Part shown: positions 1 through 8,870 of the stretch, piece by piece
Numbering within the stretch: the stretch's first letter is position 1
Layout of the letters: every line of letters begins with the position of its first letter
Virus record (IMG/VR): IMGVR_UViG_3300029288_000148
Coordinates: 1-64,000 of that record
DNA length: 64,000 nucleotides
DNA from: a virus
Taxonomy: Duplodnaviria; Caudoviricetes
Reading direction: 5' to 3' (one strand)
Notes under the pieces: model-generated
What the model was told of the DNA's origin: nothing
Database searches by the model: none
What the model saw: the letters and a program-made list of their open reading frames with translations, nothing else
Translations under genes and position numbers: made by a program

Positions 1-177
1 TTCATCTGAAACCTCGATAGATTCAAGATACCAGTCAATGTCATTTACACGCCATGTCCAAGCAACATCTGTATGAATTATATTCCCAATTCTTTGATGT
101 GCATAATGCTTTATTCCACGTAAACAAATTGGCAAGTCCCTTTCGGACTCTATTCGTCTTTCAATGTAGATTTTCAT
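1..177 (-). CDS. hypothetical protein, runs off window edge
   Basis: Hand-translated open frame MKIYIERRIESERDLP...WYLESIEVSDE, directly downstream of ORF 179-409; not in ORF track. Confidence 0.5.
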   Translation of the reverse strand, partial: MKIYIERRIESERDLPICLRGIKHYAHQRIGNIIHTDVAWTWRVNDIDWYLESIEVSDE

Positions 178-178
178 T

Positions 179-409
179 CTATCCATTAATTTTATAATTA
201 TTATGCCCTTGCGCTCCATTTCCCCAAACGGCATTCCCATTTAATATTTTTCTCATACACTGATCGCATATATCCATTATTTGAATAGATAAATACGGCT
301 TACAGTTTCGTCCCTCGGTTTGTTCAGTTGTAAATATTACCTGAATCTTTTGTTCTTGAAAATGTGCTTTTTCTTCACATATATCACAAGTAATTACTGT
401 TGTTTTCAT
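179..409 (-). CDS. small Zn-binding hypothetical protein
   Basis: CDIC...CDQC pairs; tightly packed with neighbours. Confidence 0.6.
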   Translation of the reverse strand: MKTTVITCDICEEKAHFQEQKIQVIFTTEQTEGRNCKPYLSIQIMDICDQCMRKILNGNAVWGNGAQGHNNYKING

Positions 410-588
410 TCTGTTTCAATTTTAATTGTTTCTTCCGTTGTTTCCGTACAGGTCACTATCCCTGTACCACTACAGGCGGGGCAGGTAGTTGTTAAGTCAT
501 CTATATAAGGATTAAAGTTTGGAGTAGGTACTATCTTTGCCCCTTGACATGAAGGGCAGATAATAGGATAAGATTTGGTTGTTTTCAT
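406..588 (-). CDS. DnaJ-type zinc-finger small protein
   Basis: CPSCQGAK and CPACSGTG (CxxCxGxG-like) motifs; ATGA overlaps. Confidence 0.6.
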   Translation of the reverse strand: MKTTKSYPIICPSCQGAKIVPTPNFNPYIDDLTTTCPACSGTGIVTCTETTEETIKIETE

Positions 589-764
589 TGATTAAATGAT
601 TTTTTAAGTTCATATAATTTACCAACTTCAGCTTTTAATATCCTTTGCTTTTTTGCTAAGTTGTTAATTTCAATTTTGTTTACTCGTAATTCATGTTGAG
701 CATTATATAACTCTCTTTCAATCATATTAAGACATCTCTGATAAACTTCTTTTCTGACATTCAT
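585..764 (-). CDS. 59-aa coiled-coil hypothetical protein
   Basis: Hand-translated MNVRKEVYQR...ELKKSFNQ*; fills the gap with ATGA overlaps at both ends. Confidence 0.6.
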   Translation of the reverse strand: MNVRKEVYQRCLNMIERELYNAQHELRVNKIEINNLAKKQRILKAEVGKLYELKKSFNQ

Positions 765-1063
765 ATCTTATTCCGTTTAATTGTTTCTCCTATTGCCCAC
801 TTTGCAGCCATAATAAAAAGCCCCTGTTCTTCATCATTAAGCCAATTCATCCAATTATGATCATGTAAATTAATTTGACCATTTAAACTTTCTTCTTTTA
901 TTTCCTCCTCGCTTGGTACATCTATCGACAGGGATAGGATGTAATCAACGCTTTTATGTATTGCTATCTTTTGCCAATCAAGTGCCTCAGAATTTCCATG
1001 AATACGCTTTGTATTTTCAAAAATGTATTCAACTGATTCAATTATTTCTTCTTTCCTTGCCAT
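761..1063 (-). CDS. hypothetical protein
   Basis: ORF in operon orientation with A-rich start context. Confidence 0.6.
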   Translation of the reverse strand: MARKEEIIESVEYIFENTKRIHGNSEALDWQKIAIHKSVDYILSLSIDVPSEEEIKEESLNGQINLHDHNWMNWLNDEEQGLFIMAAKWAIGETIKRNKI

Positions 1064-1065
1064 TT

Positions 1066-1275
1066 CTATTCTGTTTTAAGTGTTATATTACCATCTTCAT
1101 ACTTTTCAAATTTATCATGTCTTGAAGGCATGTGAATACTTCCATTTGATAATTTTAGAAAATGCCCAACCACTGCACAACCGTCACGTTCTTCACTTAT
1201 TAATTTATCCCCAAAGAACTCTAATGCAGCATCAGACATATACCCCTTATACTCATATTCCTCTACTGTTTCCAT
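1066..1275 (-). CDS. hypothetical protein
   Basis: ORF in operon orientation. Confidence 0.55.
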   Translation of the reverse strand: METVEEYEYKGYMSDAALEFFGDKLISEERDGCAVVGHFLKLSNGSIHMPSRHDKFEKYEDGNITLKTE

Positions 1276-1317
1276 TTCTATTCTGTTTTATTATTTGTCT
1301 ATTAATTTTATTACATG

Positions 1318-1515
1318 TTATAAAACAGTTTGCTCAGTAAAATCGTGTCCACATATTTCACAGTAACATTCTGTCTCGGATTGGTAAACCTTTTCGTAAG
1401 GATGAACGCAAACCGATTTTATAACAGCAAATAAATCCAATAGCTGCTCTTTCGCTTCAATTGGCTCTATTACCCTATCATAAAGTGAATCTAAAATTTG
1501 GTCTATCTTTTCCAT
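1318..1515 (-). CDS. small Zn-ribbon hypothetical protein
   Basis: CVHP...CEIC motif. Confidence 0.55.
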   Translation of the reverse strand: MEKIDQILDSLYDRVIEPIEAKEQLLDLFAVIKSVCVHPYEKVYQSETECYCEICGHDFTEQTVL

Positions 1516-1558
1516 ATCACTACTGTATTTATTTGCATTCCGTTTTGCTCAATAAGAT

Positions 1559-2059
1559 TTATTTGATTGGTTCCCATTCATCAAATCCTAAACAATAACT
1601 GCAAGGTTTTGAAATAGGTGAAAGAACTTTATTTCTACAATTTCTGCAAGTTTTATCTTCCTCTCTTATCTCTGCCAACTCCTTATCAACGTCCTTTATT
1701 TTTGACAGGTTCGGAGTTGCTTTTTCGATACAGTCATTCAGGTAATTCTCAGGGATCGGTTCTGTCGTGCTTGCAGTTATTACACTCGGATAACAATCAC
1801 AGGACTGTACCATCCAGCTATGAACTTTTTGGCATCGTGGACAAATCCAACCGGAAGGCATGGGTGTTCCCTTTATCTCGGCAACTTCAACCTTATCAAT
1901 TTCCCTCTCTATCCATTGCCTTACAGGTTCTCCGCTTCCTACAACATTATGACTTATCCACCATTCGCCTTTGTAGATATACAGCTTATAACCATGCCCT
2001 TCGGTATCTTCTGGCATTCCGAGTGAATCGGTAATGGCTTTAATTATCTGTTCTTTCAT
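1559..2059 (-). CDS. hypothetical protein with two Cys clusters
   Basis: CPRC..CDC and CRNC..CSYC motifs. Confidence 0.6.
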   Translation of the reverse strand: MKEQIIKAITDSLGMPEDTEGHGYKLYIYKGEWWISHNVVGSGEPVRQWIEREIDKVEVAEIKGTPMPSGWICPRCQKVHSWMVQSCDCYPSVITASTTEPIPENYLNDCIEKATPNLSKIKDVDKELAEIREEDKTCRNCRNKVLSPISKPCSYCLGFDEWEPIK

Positions 2060-2093
2060 CCCCTATTTTGCTTTACTTTTTGTCATTCTGTTT

Positions 2094-2423
2094 CTATTTT
2101 GTGTCTTGTATCTCAAAATAATAATGTCCGCCAGTGTGCCATTCAACATATCTCATCTTAAATTGTGTGAGATAAACATTAGACAGTATTGCTTCAATGA
2201 TTTCTTCATTACCACTCCATCCGCCGGTATGTAGTTCAAGTTTTATTTTGCCTTTATACTTTCGGTGTAGTTTAAATCCAGAATCACCAAGGTACCAGCC
2301 CTCGCTAAGTAGGTTTACAAACTGCATAACCGGCATGGTTTCATAGGTGTAATCCTTGATGAATGTCAGATAGTCATCAGTCGGATAACCGCCATTATCG
2401 AGTAATGTATATAGTGTTTTCAT
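2094..2423 (-). CDS. hypothetical phage protein
   Basis: LELHTGGWSGNEEII...GGHYYF motif, recurrent in phage early genes. Confidence 0.6.
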   Translation of the reverse strand: MKTLYTLLDNGGYPTDDYLTFIKDYTYETMPVMQFVNLLSEGWYLGDSGFKLHRKYKGKIKLELHTGGWSGNEEIIEAILSNVYLTQFKMRYVEWHTGGHYYFEIQDTK

Positions 2424-2426
2424 AGC

Positions 2427-2795
2427 TTAATACTTTTTACCGTGTCTGTATTCTCTTGTGGCATTATAGACTAACTTTTGTTTTATGTGATATTCAATGT
2501 CAATATTCATAGCACCGCATAAATCAAATAGCCTTATAAAAGCATCAGCGATTTCATCTTCAAACGTATCTTTGATATACATTTCAAAATTAGTCTTCCA
2601 ATTACCGCCTAAATCAACGTTCTTTTTAAATTCTTTTGGTAAAGCATATTTAACCTTTCTGTCGGCTTCCATTGCTTCTGCAAGTTCGGAAACAATAAGC
2701 ATTAATAATGTTCCGGTTTCTCTTGGCTTGCCCCAAAAACCTTTGCTTTTAGCATAATCATTGATTTCTTTTGATAATTTATTTAATTCTGTCAT
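2427..2795 (-). CDS. MazG-like nucleotide pyrophosphohydrolase
   Basis: LMLIVSELAEAMEADR and EDEIADAFIRLFDL (ExxE...ExxD) motifs; C-terminal HGKKY. Confidence 0.8.
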   Translation of the reverse strand: MTELNKLSKEINDYAKSKGFWGKPRETGTLLMLIVSELAEAMEADRKVKYALPKEFKKNVDLGGNWKTNFEMYIKDTFEDEIADAFIRLFDLCGAMNIDIEYHIKQKLVYNATREYRHGKKY

Positions 2796-2805
2796 AGCTT
2801 TATCT

Positions 2806-3024
2806 TTATTTCCATGTCTGAAAATCTCCTCTAATATTATAAGTCATGTAAAATTTCTTACCGCACTTGGCGCATTTTACTTTCGTGTTTCCTGATTTAT
2901 TTTTGTTGATCCGGTTTAGTATTACTTCGGAACTGTCATCATGTATTTCACCACAATACGGACACTGATAAAGTGTGTCTGCCAGACATAGGATGCCGTT
3001 TTTAATTGGAATACATTTGCTCAT
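2806..3024 (-). CDS. Zn-ribbon small protein
   Basis: CPYC...CAKC. Confidence 0.6.
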   Translation of the reverse strand: MSKCIPIKNGILCLADTLYQCPYCGEIHDDSSEVILNRINKNKSGNTKVKCAKCGKKFYMTYNIRGDFQTWK

Positions 3025-3317
3025 TTTATCTTTATTATTCGTTTTACGTCTGTTTTTTCATAACAGTAACCACTATACCTGCATCTGCCGTTCTTACCGT
3101 TGCGGGGAGAATAGTCAGAACAGCACAACTTATTACAATCCTGCCCGACTTCTCCGCAATCCTGAAACTTCGTACAATAAAAATAACCTTGCCCTGTTAC
3201 TCTTTTTGCTTCGGTAATTTCCAGCTCATTAATCCCGGCATCATCCATTAATGCCTTAATAGTGTTCAGTCGATAGCACCGTTCATCATCAAGTTTTGAA
3301 AAATATAATTTGCTCAT
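3021..3317 (-). CDS. Cys-rich hypothetical protein
   Basis: C-terminal Cys cluster; ATGA overlaps. Confidence 0.6.
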   Translation of the reverse strand: MSKLYFSKLDDERCYRLNTIKALMDDAGINELEITEAKRVTGQGYFYCTKFQDCGEVGQDCNKLCCSDYSPRNGKNGRCRYSGYCYEKTDVKRIIKIK

Positions 3318-3415
3318 TGTTTTCTCTTTTTGTATTTCTCAACCTGCTCCAGATACTGGCTCCGTACTATAAATGCCAGAAACAGGAGAATGAGGATTAG
3401 TTTAATTGTTGTCAT
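3314..3415 (-). CDS. 33-aa single-TM peptide
   Basis: Hand-translated MTTIKLILILLFLAFIVRSQ...KQ*; ATGA overlaps both sides. Confidence 0.5.
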   Translation of the reverse strand: MTTIKLILILLFLAFIVRSQYLEQVEKYKKRKQ

Positions 3416-3534
3416 CTCAGTTTTAATTTGAGATACACGTAATCAAAAAAGTTCGCCATTAAAATAAATGGACTTATAACAATCAGCACTGCAACAGCAC
3501 CGATAATCTGAATAATAACAAGGGTTGTTTTCAT
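3412..3534 (-). CDS. 40-aa membrane peptide
   Basis: Hand-translated MKTTLVIIQIIGAVAVLIVISPF...LR*. Confidence 0.5.
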   Translation of the reverse strand: MKTTLVIIQIIGAVAVLIVISPFILMANFFDYVYLKLKLR

Positions 3535-3537
3535 GGT

Positions 3538-3771
3538 TTATTGTTTTAAGTTAGTACCAACGACTCTTAATTGATCCGGGAAGTACATTTCTATTGATCC
3601 CGATTTAATATTCTGGCAGACTGCCACAGTGTAATGAACTGGCATCATATTCCCCATTTCATTTGAAATCAGATCATACTTTAATCCGAAGTGCAAAAGA
3701 TAAAACAAATCCTTCTTCTCATACCCATCCTCCTCCCACGTAACTTCAACAACTGTTTTTATATGGCTCAT
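3538..3771 (-). CDS. hypothetical protein
   Basis: ORF in operon orientation. Confidence 0.55.
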   Translation of the reverse strand: MSHIKTVVEVTWEEDGYEKKDLFYLLHFGLKYDLISNEMGNMMPVHYTVAVCQNIKSGSIEMYFPDQLRVVGTNLKQ

Positions 3772-3772
3772 T

Positions 3773-4099
3773 TCACTTGTATTTCCAGATATGCCCTGCC
3801 CTCGTTTTCTTGCCTGTCTTTAAAGCTGCATTTATCCTCCTGTCAGTATATCCTACCGCTTTTGCCGCCACAAGCTGATCCTTATATTCAGCGATCTTGT
3901 CGCCGTTTAAATCACATTGAATGATGGCTTTTGAATTTGATCGTCCATAGTGCTTTGTCCCCTCCAGATATGCCAATGCCACCAGCTCTCTCAAATACTC
4001 CCTCGTTCTTTCTTCTTTCTCTGGATTGATTAAATCCTCTCTCCTCATCCAGAACATTATTCGCTTAACTACTCGCTCCTGATCCATTGCTAATAGCAA
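3773..4099 (-). CDS. stand-alone NUMOD1/IENR1 DNA-binding domain protein
   Basis: C-terminal IIQCDLNGDKIAEYKDQLVAAKAVG...AGHIWKY; no nuclease motif. Confidence 0.65.
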   Translation of the reverse strand: MLLAMDQERVVKRIMFWMRREDLINPEKEERTREYLRELVALAYLEGTKHYGRSNSKAIIQCDLNGDKIAEYKDQLVAAKAVGYTDRRINAALKTGKKTRAGHIWKYK

Positions 4100-5193
4100 T
4101 TAAGATCTATCTTCTTAAATTCATTCTCTACCTGATCCTCTGTCGGAACCTCCTTTATCCTGACCGAAAATGTCCTATTTTTTGCCCCTTTCCTTTCTGC
4201 CCATGAGCAAACACCCAGCTTGCCGAAGTCCAGTACCTCTGCGCCAAAGACGTTCATAGTCTTTAACAAATGGTTCTTAATCCCGGTCTTTTCTTCATCA
4301 ACTCTGGAACTAAGTTTATTCAGGAAGGTGTATTGTTTGCAAAGGTCATATTGATCGATATTCCCTTCAATAACATCCCGCTCCTTCAAAAATCTTTCTT
4401 CCATGAACTCCTTGTATGCCTCAGATCGGTCCGGCTCTGGCTCATACTGCTGCACCAAGGCTTCATATTTCTCGTATTCGGCAATATTCCCGTTCATCTC
4501 AGCAATCTTAGACTTCTCATAAGCTTCTTTACCAGGCAATACTCTATTTTCCCAAAACATCTTCGATATTGAAATGATCTTCTCGCAAAGCTCATCATCT
4601 CTCTGTACTTTCTCAACCCGGAATTGATTGCCGTCCTGAAGTATTGCGATCTCTGCATAATTTGTTTCCAGAATAATCATGTAAACATGTACCTGAATCA
4701 AAAAACTCAAGGGCATTTGATCTTGCCACATTTGTGCTGACCAGTAACTAAGTGTCTTTATCTCCAACACCGCTTCGGTTTCCAATGGTTCTCCAGTAAT
4801 AAGGTTGATCCCCCCTTTAATATTCTGTACTCGGTCAAACGATCCAAACAGCCAAGGATATGAAGGATTGACAACGAAACCATTTATTCTCCGGCATTGT
4901 CTGACAATCTTATTGTTCTTGTAATTATCTATCCATCCTTCGTCGCTGCCATCCCAATATTCCCAAAGTTCCGCAATCTTATCTTCCATAAACCTACCCA
5001 TGAACATCTTTGAGTTATCAAAGGTCTGATGAGAAACAGAACCAATTTTCTCATGGAACAATCGCACGACAGTATTATATTTGTCAAGGCCAAGCACACA
5101 AGCCATTTCTGAGCCGCCTATACCACTCCTTCGGTAATTAAACCATTCCTCGGTATGTTGAGGGATTCTTGTAATTATTAAGTCACTTCTCAT
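4090..5193 (-). CDS. YqaJ-like viral recombinase / lambda-type exonuclease
   Basis: TEEWFNYRRSGIGGSE, WLFGSFDR, VLEIKT and QVHVYM motifs. Confidence 0.9.
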   Translation of the reverse strand: MRSDLIITRIPQHTEEWFNYRRSGIGGSEMACVLGLDKYNTVVRLFHEKIGSVSHQTFDNSKMFMGRFMEDKIAELWEYWDGSDEGWIDNYKNNKIVRQCRRINGFVVNPSYPWLFGSFDRVQNIKGGINLITGEPLETEAVLEIKTLSYWSAQMWQDQMPLSFLIQVHVYMIILETNYAEIAILQDGNQFRVEKVQRDDELCEKIISISKMFWENRVLPGKEAYEKSKIAEMNGNIAEYEKYEALVQQYEPEPDRSEAYKEFMEERFLKERDVIEGNIDQYDLCKQYTFLNKLSSRVDEEKTGIKNHLLKTMNVFGAEVLDFGKLGVCSWAERKGAKNRTFSVRIKEVPTEDQVENEFKKIDLNCY

Positions 5194-5194
5194 C

Positions 5195-5632
5195 TTATTT
5201 CAGATTTAATGCAGCCGGTTTCTTAATATCAAGATTGAGTGGCTCAATTGCCTTATACATCTCGGAGAAAATTTCATTCAGAAAATCAGCCTGCATCTCC
5301 ATCATCTCAGCCTCCTGCTTCCCGTTGTTGCTGATATTATCATACCATTCCGAATACCATTTACATAGGCTATTCGTGAGACGTTCATGCTCCAATGTTA
5401 AGTCCATCCCTGCCCTATGCATTTTCTTATAAAAAGCATTACGGAGCTTGATCTTCTCAAACTTAGCCTCGCCAAGTTTCTTTTGCTCATCACTGGCCCA
5501 TTTATAATGAACATCAGTGACAATCTTAAAAGCCTTATCCTCTTCAATCTCTAACGGGTCCAATACGTCCCGCTTAAATTGATCCAAAATTTTTGCGAAC
5601 GAATAATCGTTTACCATTTTTTCTTCACTCAT
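5195..5632 (-). CDS. helical hypothetical protein
   Basis: ORF in operon orientation. Confidence 0.6.
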   Translation of the reverse strand: MSEEKMVNDYSFAKILDQFKRDVLDPLEIEEDKAFKIVTDVHYKWASDEQKKLGEAKFEKIKLRNAFYKKMHRAGMDLTLEHERLTNSLCKWYSEWYDNISNNGKQEAEMMEMQADFLNEIFSEMYKAIEPLNLDIKKPAALNLK

Positions 5633-5915
5633 AGATATAAAATATTTTATCTTCGGTTGTGTAATAATGTAACTTTCCTTCGATATGTATTGCGCTTGCA
5701 GACTTTCTTGAGTACTGAATCCTGTCTCCCTTCTTCACTTCTTCGCATCTCGGTCCACAATCAATAACCAATCCGCTCTGTGGCTTTTCCTTTGCTGTCC
5801 GGGGAATCAGTATCCCTTTGCGTGTTTTCTCAGGTAATTCGTCTGGCAAAACCAATACTGCATTACCCTGCTCCTCATAGTTAGAATGGGAGATTGTCGT
5901 CAATTTCGTCATCAT
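5625..5915 (-). CDS. groES: GroES/Cpn10 co-chaperonin
   Basis: GNAVLVLP, mobile loop KTRKGILIP, KPQSGLVIDCGP, VKKGDRI, EDKIF; start overlaps primase C-terminus by 35 nt. Confidence 0.85.
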   Translation of the reverse strand: MMTKLTTISHSNYEEQGNAVLVLPDELPEKTRKGILIPRTAKEKPQSGLVIDCGPRCEEVKKGDRIQYSRKSASAIHIEGKLHYYTTEDKIFYIYE

Positions 5916-7848
5916 CTTTTATTTTGGGGTTTAACTTTTTGTTTTCTGCATCACCAAAAACATCTTCTTGTACGCTCTGCTTGCCGTCCTTCCTAATAAC
6001 AGAGAACCGCCCATACTCATCCATGGAGAATTTTATGATACGCTCCTTGCCTATCTCCTCAAACCGGATCTTCTCAGTCTTTAATATTGTTGGGGCGGTG
6101 TCATCAACAAAGACTTTATCCTCCTCAGATGCGTTTTCAGGTATCTCTCCGCTTGGTCTTTTTTTCATTTTGTTACGATGCAAAATGATGCCGATGTCTG
6201 CTTTCTCTTTCCAAGCGGAGGACCCCTTTATATCATAAAGATTTGGCATTTTGTAATTGATCCCCTGAAACTCGATCTTCCTTGGATGAACAATCACAAT
6301 ACCATGAACATTATATGCCTCATTGAAACTTATCAAATAGTCAAGCTGCTGAGAAATAAATGATGTTTCTGTAATATTCTTAGGCTGCTCATGCTCAATC
6401 TTGTTCCAGGCATCAATGACATAGCCAAAAATATCTTCTGTCTTTTTTAAATAAATCAGGTATTTCAATATCGATTCAAGGGTGTTGATCTTCTCTGCGG
6501 TTATCTTATTGCCCCATGTCTCAAAGCTATTCCGGTCCGGAGAAACAATGAAAAAATGCTGACCAATAAACCTCATCGTTCTATCCCTTAAATCTTTTGA
6601 CATAGAGTTATACTGACCATCCTGAAACTTTTTACCCGCAATAACCTCTGCCAGCTTTGCATACTCCCTTGCTACCGGCCTGTTCTCCGGTGTGAACATT
6701 GCCCACTTAATATTTTTTGTGTGATTGTATCTGACAAACTCAGACAAGTACCATCTGGCAAAAACACTTTTACCCACCCCTGGACTGCCTGAAAGGAAAG
6801 TTATATGCGGCTGCTTTAGAGTAAACAATTCGTCAACTTCTCTTATACCAATGCCAAGCCCCGGAACAAACCCATGCTTTGCATATTTGTCTAACTCATC
6901 CGCAATGTCAATAGGTCTTATTACCCCTTTTACCGGGAATGATGAAAGATTATCAAAACACTCGTCAACGCCTTTCTTACCCAAGGCCGGAAGTTCCTTT
7001 TTTGCATTACCATTATATACTTCATTGATGTCTTTATAGCCAACAGGATAGTTTATATACTTACAGCGCACCTTGCCAAAGATGACTGCCAGATAATTCA
7101 TTAAAAGTTTCCCTGGCTCATCATTATCTGTGGAGAATATAATCAGGTCAACATTCTCCGGATCAAAAAAACTCTTTACATAAGGGTCCTCCGCGTATTC
7201 AAATTCTTTTTCAAAGGTCTTGGCCTTCGGACTTGGTGCGCCCTGCGGCACTGAAACAACATTGTTATATCCGCACTGCTTCCATGTCAGCATGTCAATC
7301 TCTCCTTCGGTGCATAAAACATATTTCTTTGCTTCCGGATCCTCATCCCTCTCAAATCTTATTGACTGCATCCCAAAGAATATCGACTTGGTCCCAAATT
7401 CCTTGTTCATCTGCCACCACTTTGGCCCTCCTGCTTCCTCGTACCGGATATTCAGATATTTGACGTTTACAAGCGTTTTGTTAATGTAAAAAGGAAATCC
7501 AATGATCGGCTTACCACCAAGAGTATATTCAAACACCCCTTCTCTGAGTGCTATTCCCTGATTTATTCCTCTGCTTTCAAAATACTCTCTCACTTCTTTA
7601 CTGTATGTTTTTGGTAGCTGCTTTGGCATCTTGCTATTCTCGACAACATTTTTGTATTTGTCCTGAATATCCAAATTGCCACTGAAGCCACAAGACCAAC
7701 ATTTGTACCATCTGTTCCCTAATTCATTATTCACTGTCAATGACTGTCTACCCTTGTGCTTTCTTGTTGAATCACAATTCGGACAGGTTGTATAAAAACG
7801 CTGTTGCGTTGAACTCATTTTGATTCCTAACTCTTCAAAACTACTCAT
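5881..7848 (-). CDS. T7 gp4/Twinkle-like primase-helicase
   Basis: CPNC..CWSC zinc domain; TOPRIM CTEGEIDMLT and STDNDEPG; Walker A GSPGVGKS; VIDAWN and HPRK helicase motifs. Start placed at the ATG overlapping the HNH stop (track gives 7863). Confidence 0.9.
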   Translation of the reverse strand: MSSFEELGIKMSSTQQRFYTTCPNCDSTRKHKGRQSLTVNNELGNRWYKCWSCGFSGNLDIQDKYKNVVENSKMPKQLPKTYSKEVREYFESRGINQGIALREGVFEYTLGGKPIIGFPFYINKTLVNVKYLNIRYEEAGGPKWWQMNKEFGTKSIFFGMQSIRFERDEDPEAKKYVLCTEGEIDMLTWKQCGYNNVVSVPQGAPSPKAKTFEKEFEYAEDPYVKSFFDPENVDLIIFSTDNDEPGKLLMNYLAVIFGKVRCKYINYPVGYKDINEVYNGNAKKELPALGKKGVDECFDNLSSFPVKGVIRPIDIADELDKYAKHGFVPGLGIGIREVDELFTLKQPHITFLSGSPGVGKSVFARWYLSEFVRYNHTKNIKWAMFTPENRPVAREYAKLAEVIAGKKFQDGQYNSMSKDLRDRTMRFIGQHFFIVSPDRNSFETWGNKITAEKINTLESILKYLIYLKKTEDIFGYVIDAWNKIEHEQPKNITETSFISQQLDYLISFNEAYNVHGIVIVHPRKIEFQGINYKMPNLYDIKGSSAWKEKADIGIILHRNKMKKRPSGEIPENASEEDKVFVDDTAPTILKTEKIRFEEIGKERIIKFSMDEYGRFSVIRKDGKQSVQEDVFGDAENKKLNPKIKDDDEIDDNLPF

Positions 7849-8441
7849 ATAGCAATCTTCCATTTATAACCACCTGCAGATTTCCTGACACCAATACAGC
7901 AAGCAGAGATATGGGTTTTAGCTATATTAAGTTGACGCTGAGCTTCGCTTGCAGATATAAAACTTACACTTTCATTTGTTTTGATATTTATTCCGATCAC
8001 TGGGATGGCTCGACCTATAATACCGTTTTTTATCTCAATATTTTCATTCTTATGATTTTCTGCAAATGTCCCCAAAGTTAAATTATCCAATGTATATGGC
8101 TTTAGACTGTTTTTCCTGTCGCATGAAGGAGAAAGAAGTCTATTATATCCTGAATTAACCCAATTGTTATAAAGGGAATCAAATAAGGGATTAAGATATA
8201 TCCATTCGGCTAATTGATCTTTGCTGTAATCAGGATATGGATGGCCTCTTAGTTTTGAATTTGCTCTTTGTGATCCATAAATTTGAGTAATTCGCCCATC
8301 TTTAGACCTTCTATAATCAGATGCTTCTTTATTGAAACAAACTTTGCAAAGACTACGTACCCCGTATTTCCCCCCCCTTTTATCATTATAGAAACAACTT
8401 AATGGGAGTAGTTTTTTACACTTGTGACATCTTTTATTCAT
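7845..8441 (-). CDS. free-standing HNH-like homing endonuclease with C-terminal NUMOD1
   Basis: N-terminal CxxC..CxxC; His-Me-finger-like SCDRKNSLKPYTLDN..EN; C-terminal FISASEAQRQL..SAGGYKW. Confidence 0.75.
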   Translation of the reverse strand: MNKRCHKCKKLLPLSCFYNDKRGGKYGVRSLCKVCFNKEASDYRRSKDGRITQIYGSQRANSKLRGHPYPDYSKDQLAEWIYLNPLFDSLYNNWVNSGYNRLLSPSCDRKNSLKPYTLDNLTLGTFAENHKNENIEIKNGIIGRAIPVIGINIKTNESVSFISASEAQRQLNIAKTHISACCIGVRKSAGGYKWKIAI

Positions 8442-8740
8442 CGTAAATATTGCTCTGATTTCTTATTCCGTAAAATAAACTTTTGGCCCTTCCCCTTTGA
8501 ATCTCTGAACGGATAAACAACATCTAATTCAAAAATAATCTCACCTTTTATTAGCGCCGGTCTTGTTTTATAATTCACGGTAGAAAGAGTGAGTTGAGAA
8601 AGATCTGCAAACTGGTTGATCGTAAAAACATTATATAGCATCCATTCCTTTACATCTTCTTTTGGCTTTTTTATTTTATTGGCCAGGTTTTCAATTAATT
8701 CCGGGTCTGTTTTTACTAATCTTATTATTACCTTTTCCAT
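8438..8740 (-). CDS. hypothetical protein, possible HTH
   Basis: FTINQFADLSQLTLSTVNY resembles an HTH; first gene after the promoter at 8760-8790. Confidence 0.45.
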   Translation of the reverse strand: MEKVIIRLVKTDPELIENLANKIKKPKEDVKEWMLYNVFTINQFADLSQLTLSTVNYKTRPALIKGEIIFELDVVYPFRDSKGKGQKFILRNKKSEQYLR

Positions 8741-8759
8741 AATGAAATGATTTTTGTTA

Positions 8760-8790
8760 CAAATTTACGTAAGTTTATTTAATTAACAAA
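8760..8790 (-). promoter_or_regulatory. Bacteroidetes primary-sigma promoter
   Basis: Minus strand TTTG (8790-8787) - 19 nt - TAAATTTG (8767-8760), matching the -33/-7 consensus. Confidence 0.8.
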
Positions 8791-8815
8791 TATTTTAACA
8801 TAATTATTTTTCAAC

Positions 8816-8845
8816 AAAAAGAGGGGACCCATTACAAGTCCCCTC
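8816..8845 (-). terminator. intrinsic terminator ending the structural operon
   Basis: 8-bp stem GAGGGGAC/GTCCCCTC, 9-nt loop, followed by TTTTTG on minus strand. Confidence 0.8.
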
Positions 8846-8870
8846 CAACCTGAAAAATGAAAAAAACAAC

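Noticed and set aside
5810-5878. Frameshifted groES starting at ATG 5878
   Set aside because: That ATG is out of frame and gives only 23 codons; the upstream in-frame ATG has an A-rich context, so no frameshift is needed. Read check advisable
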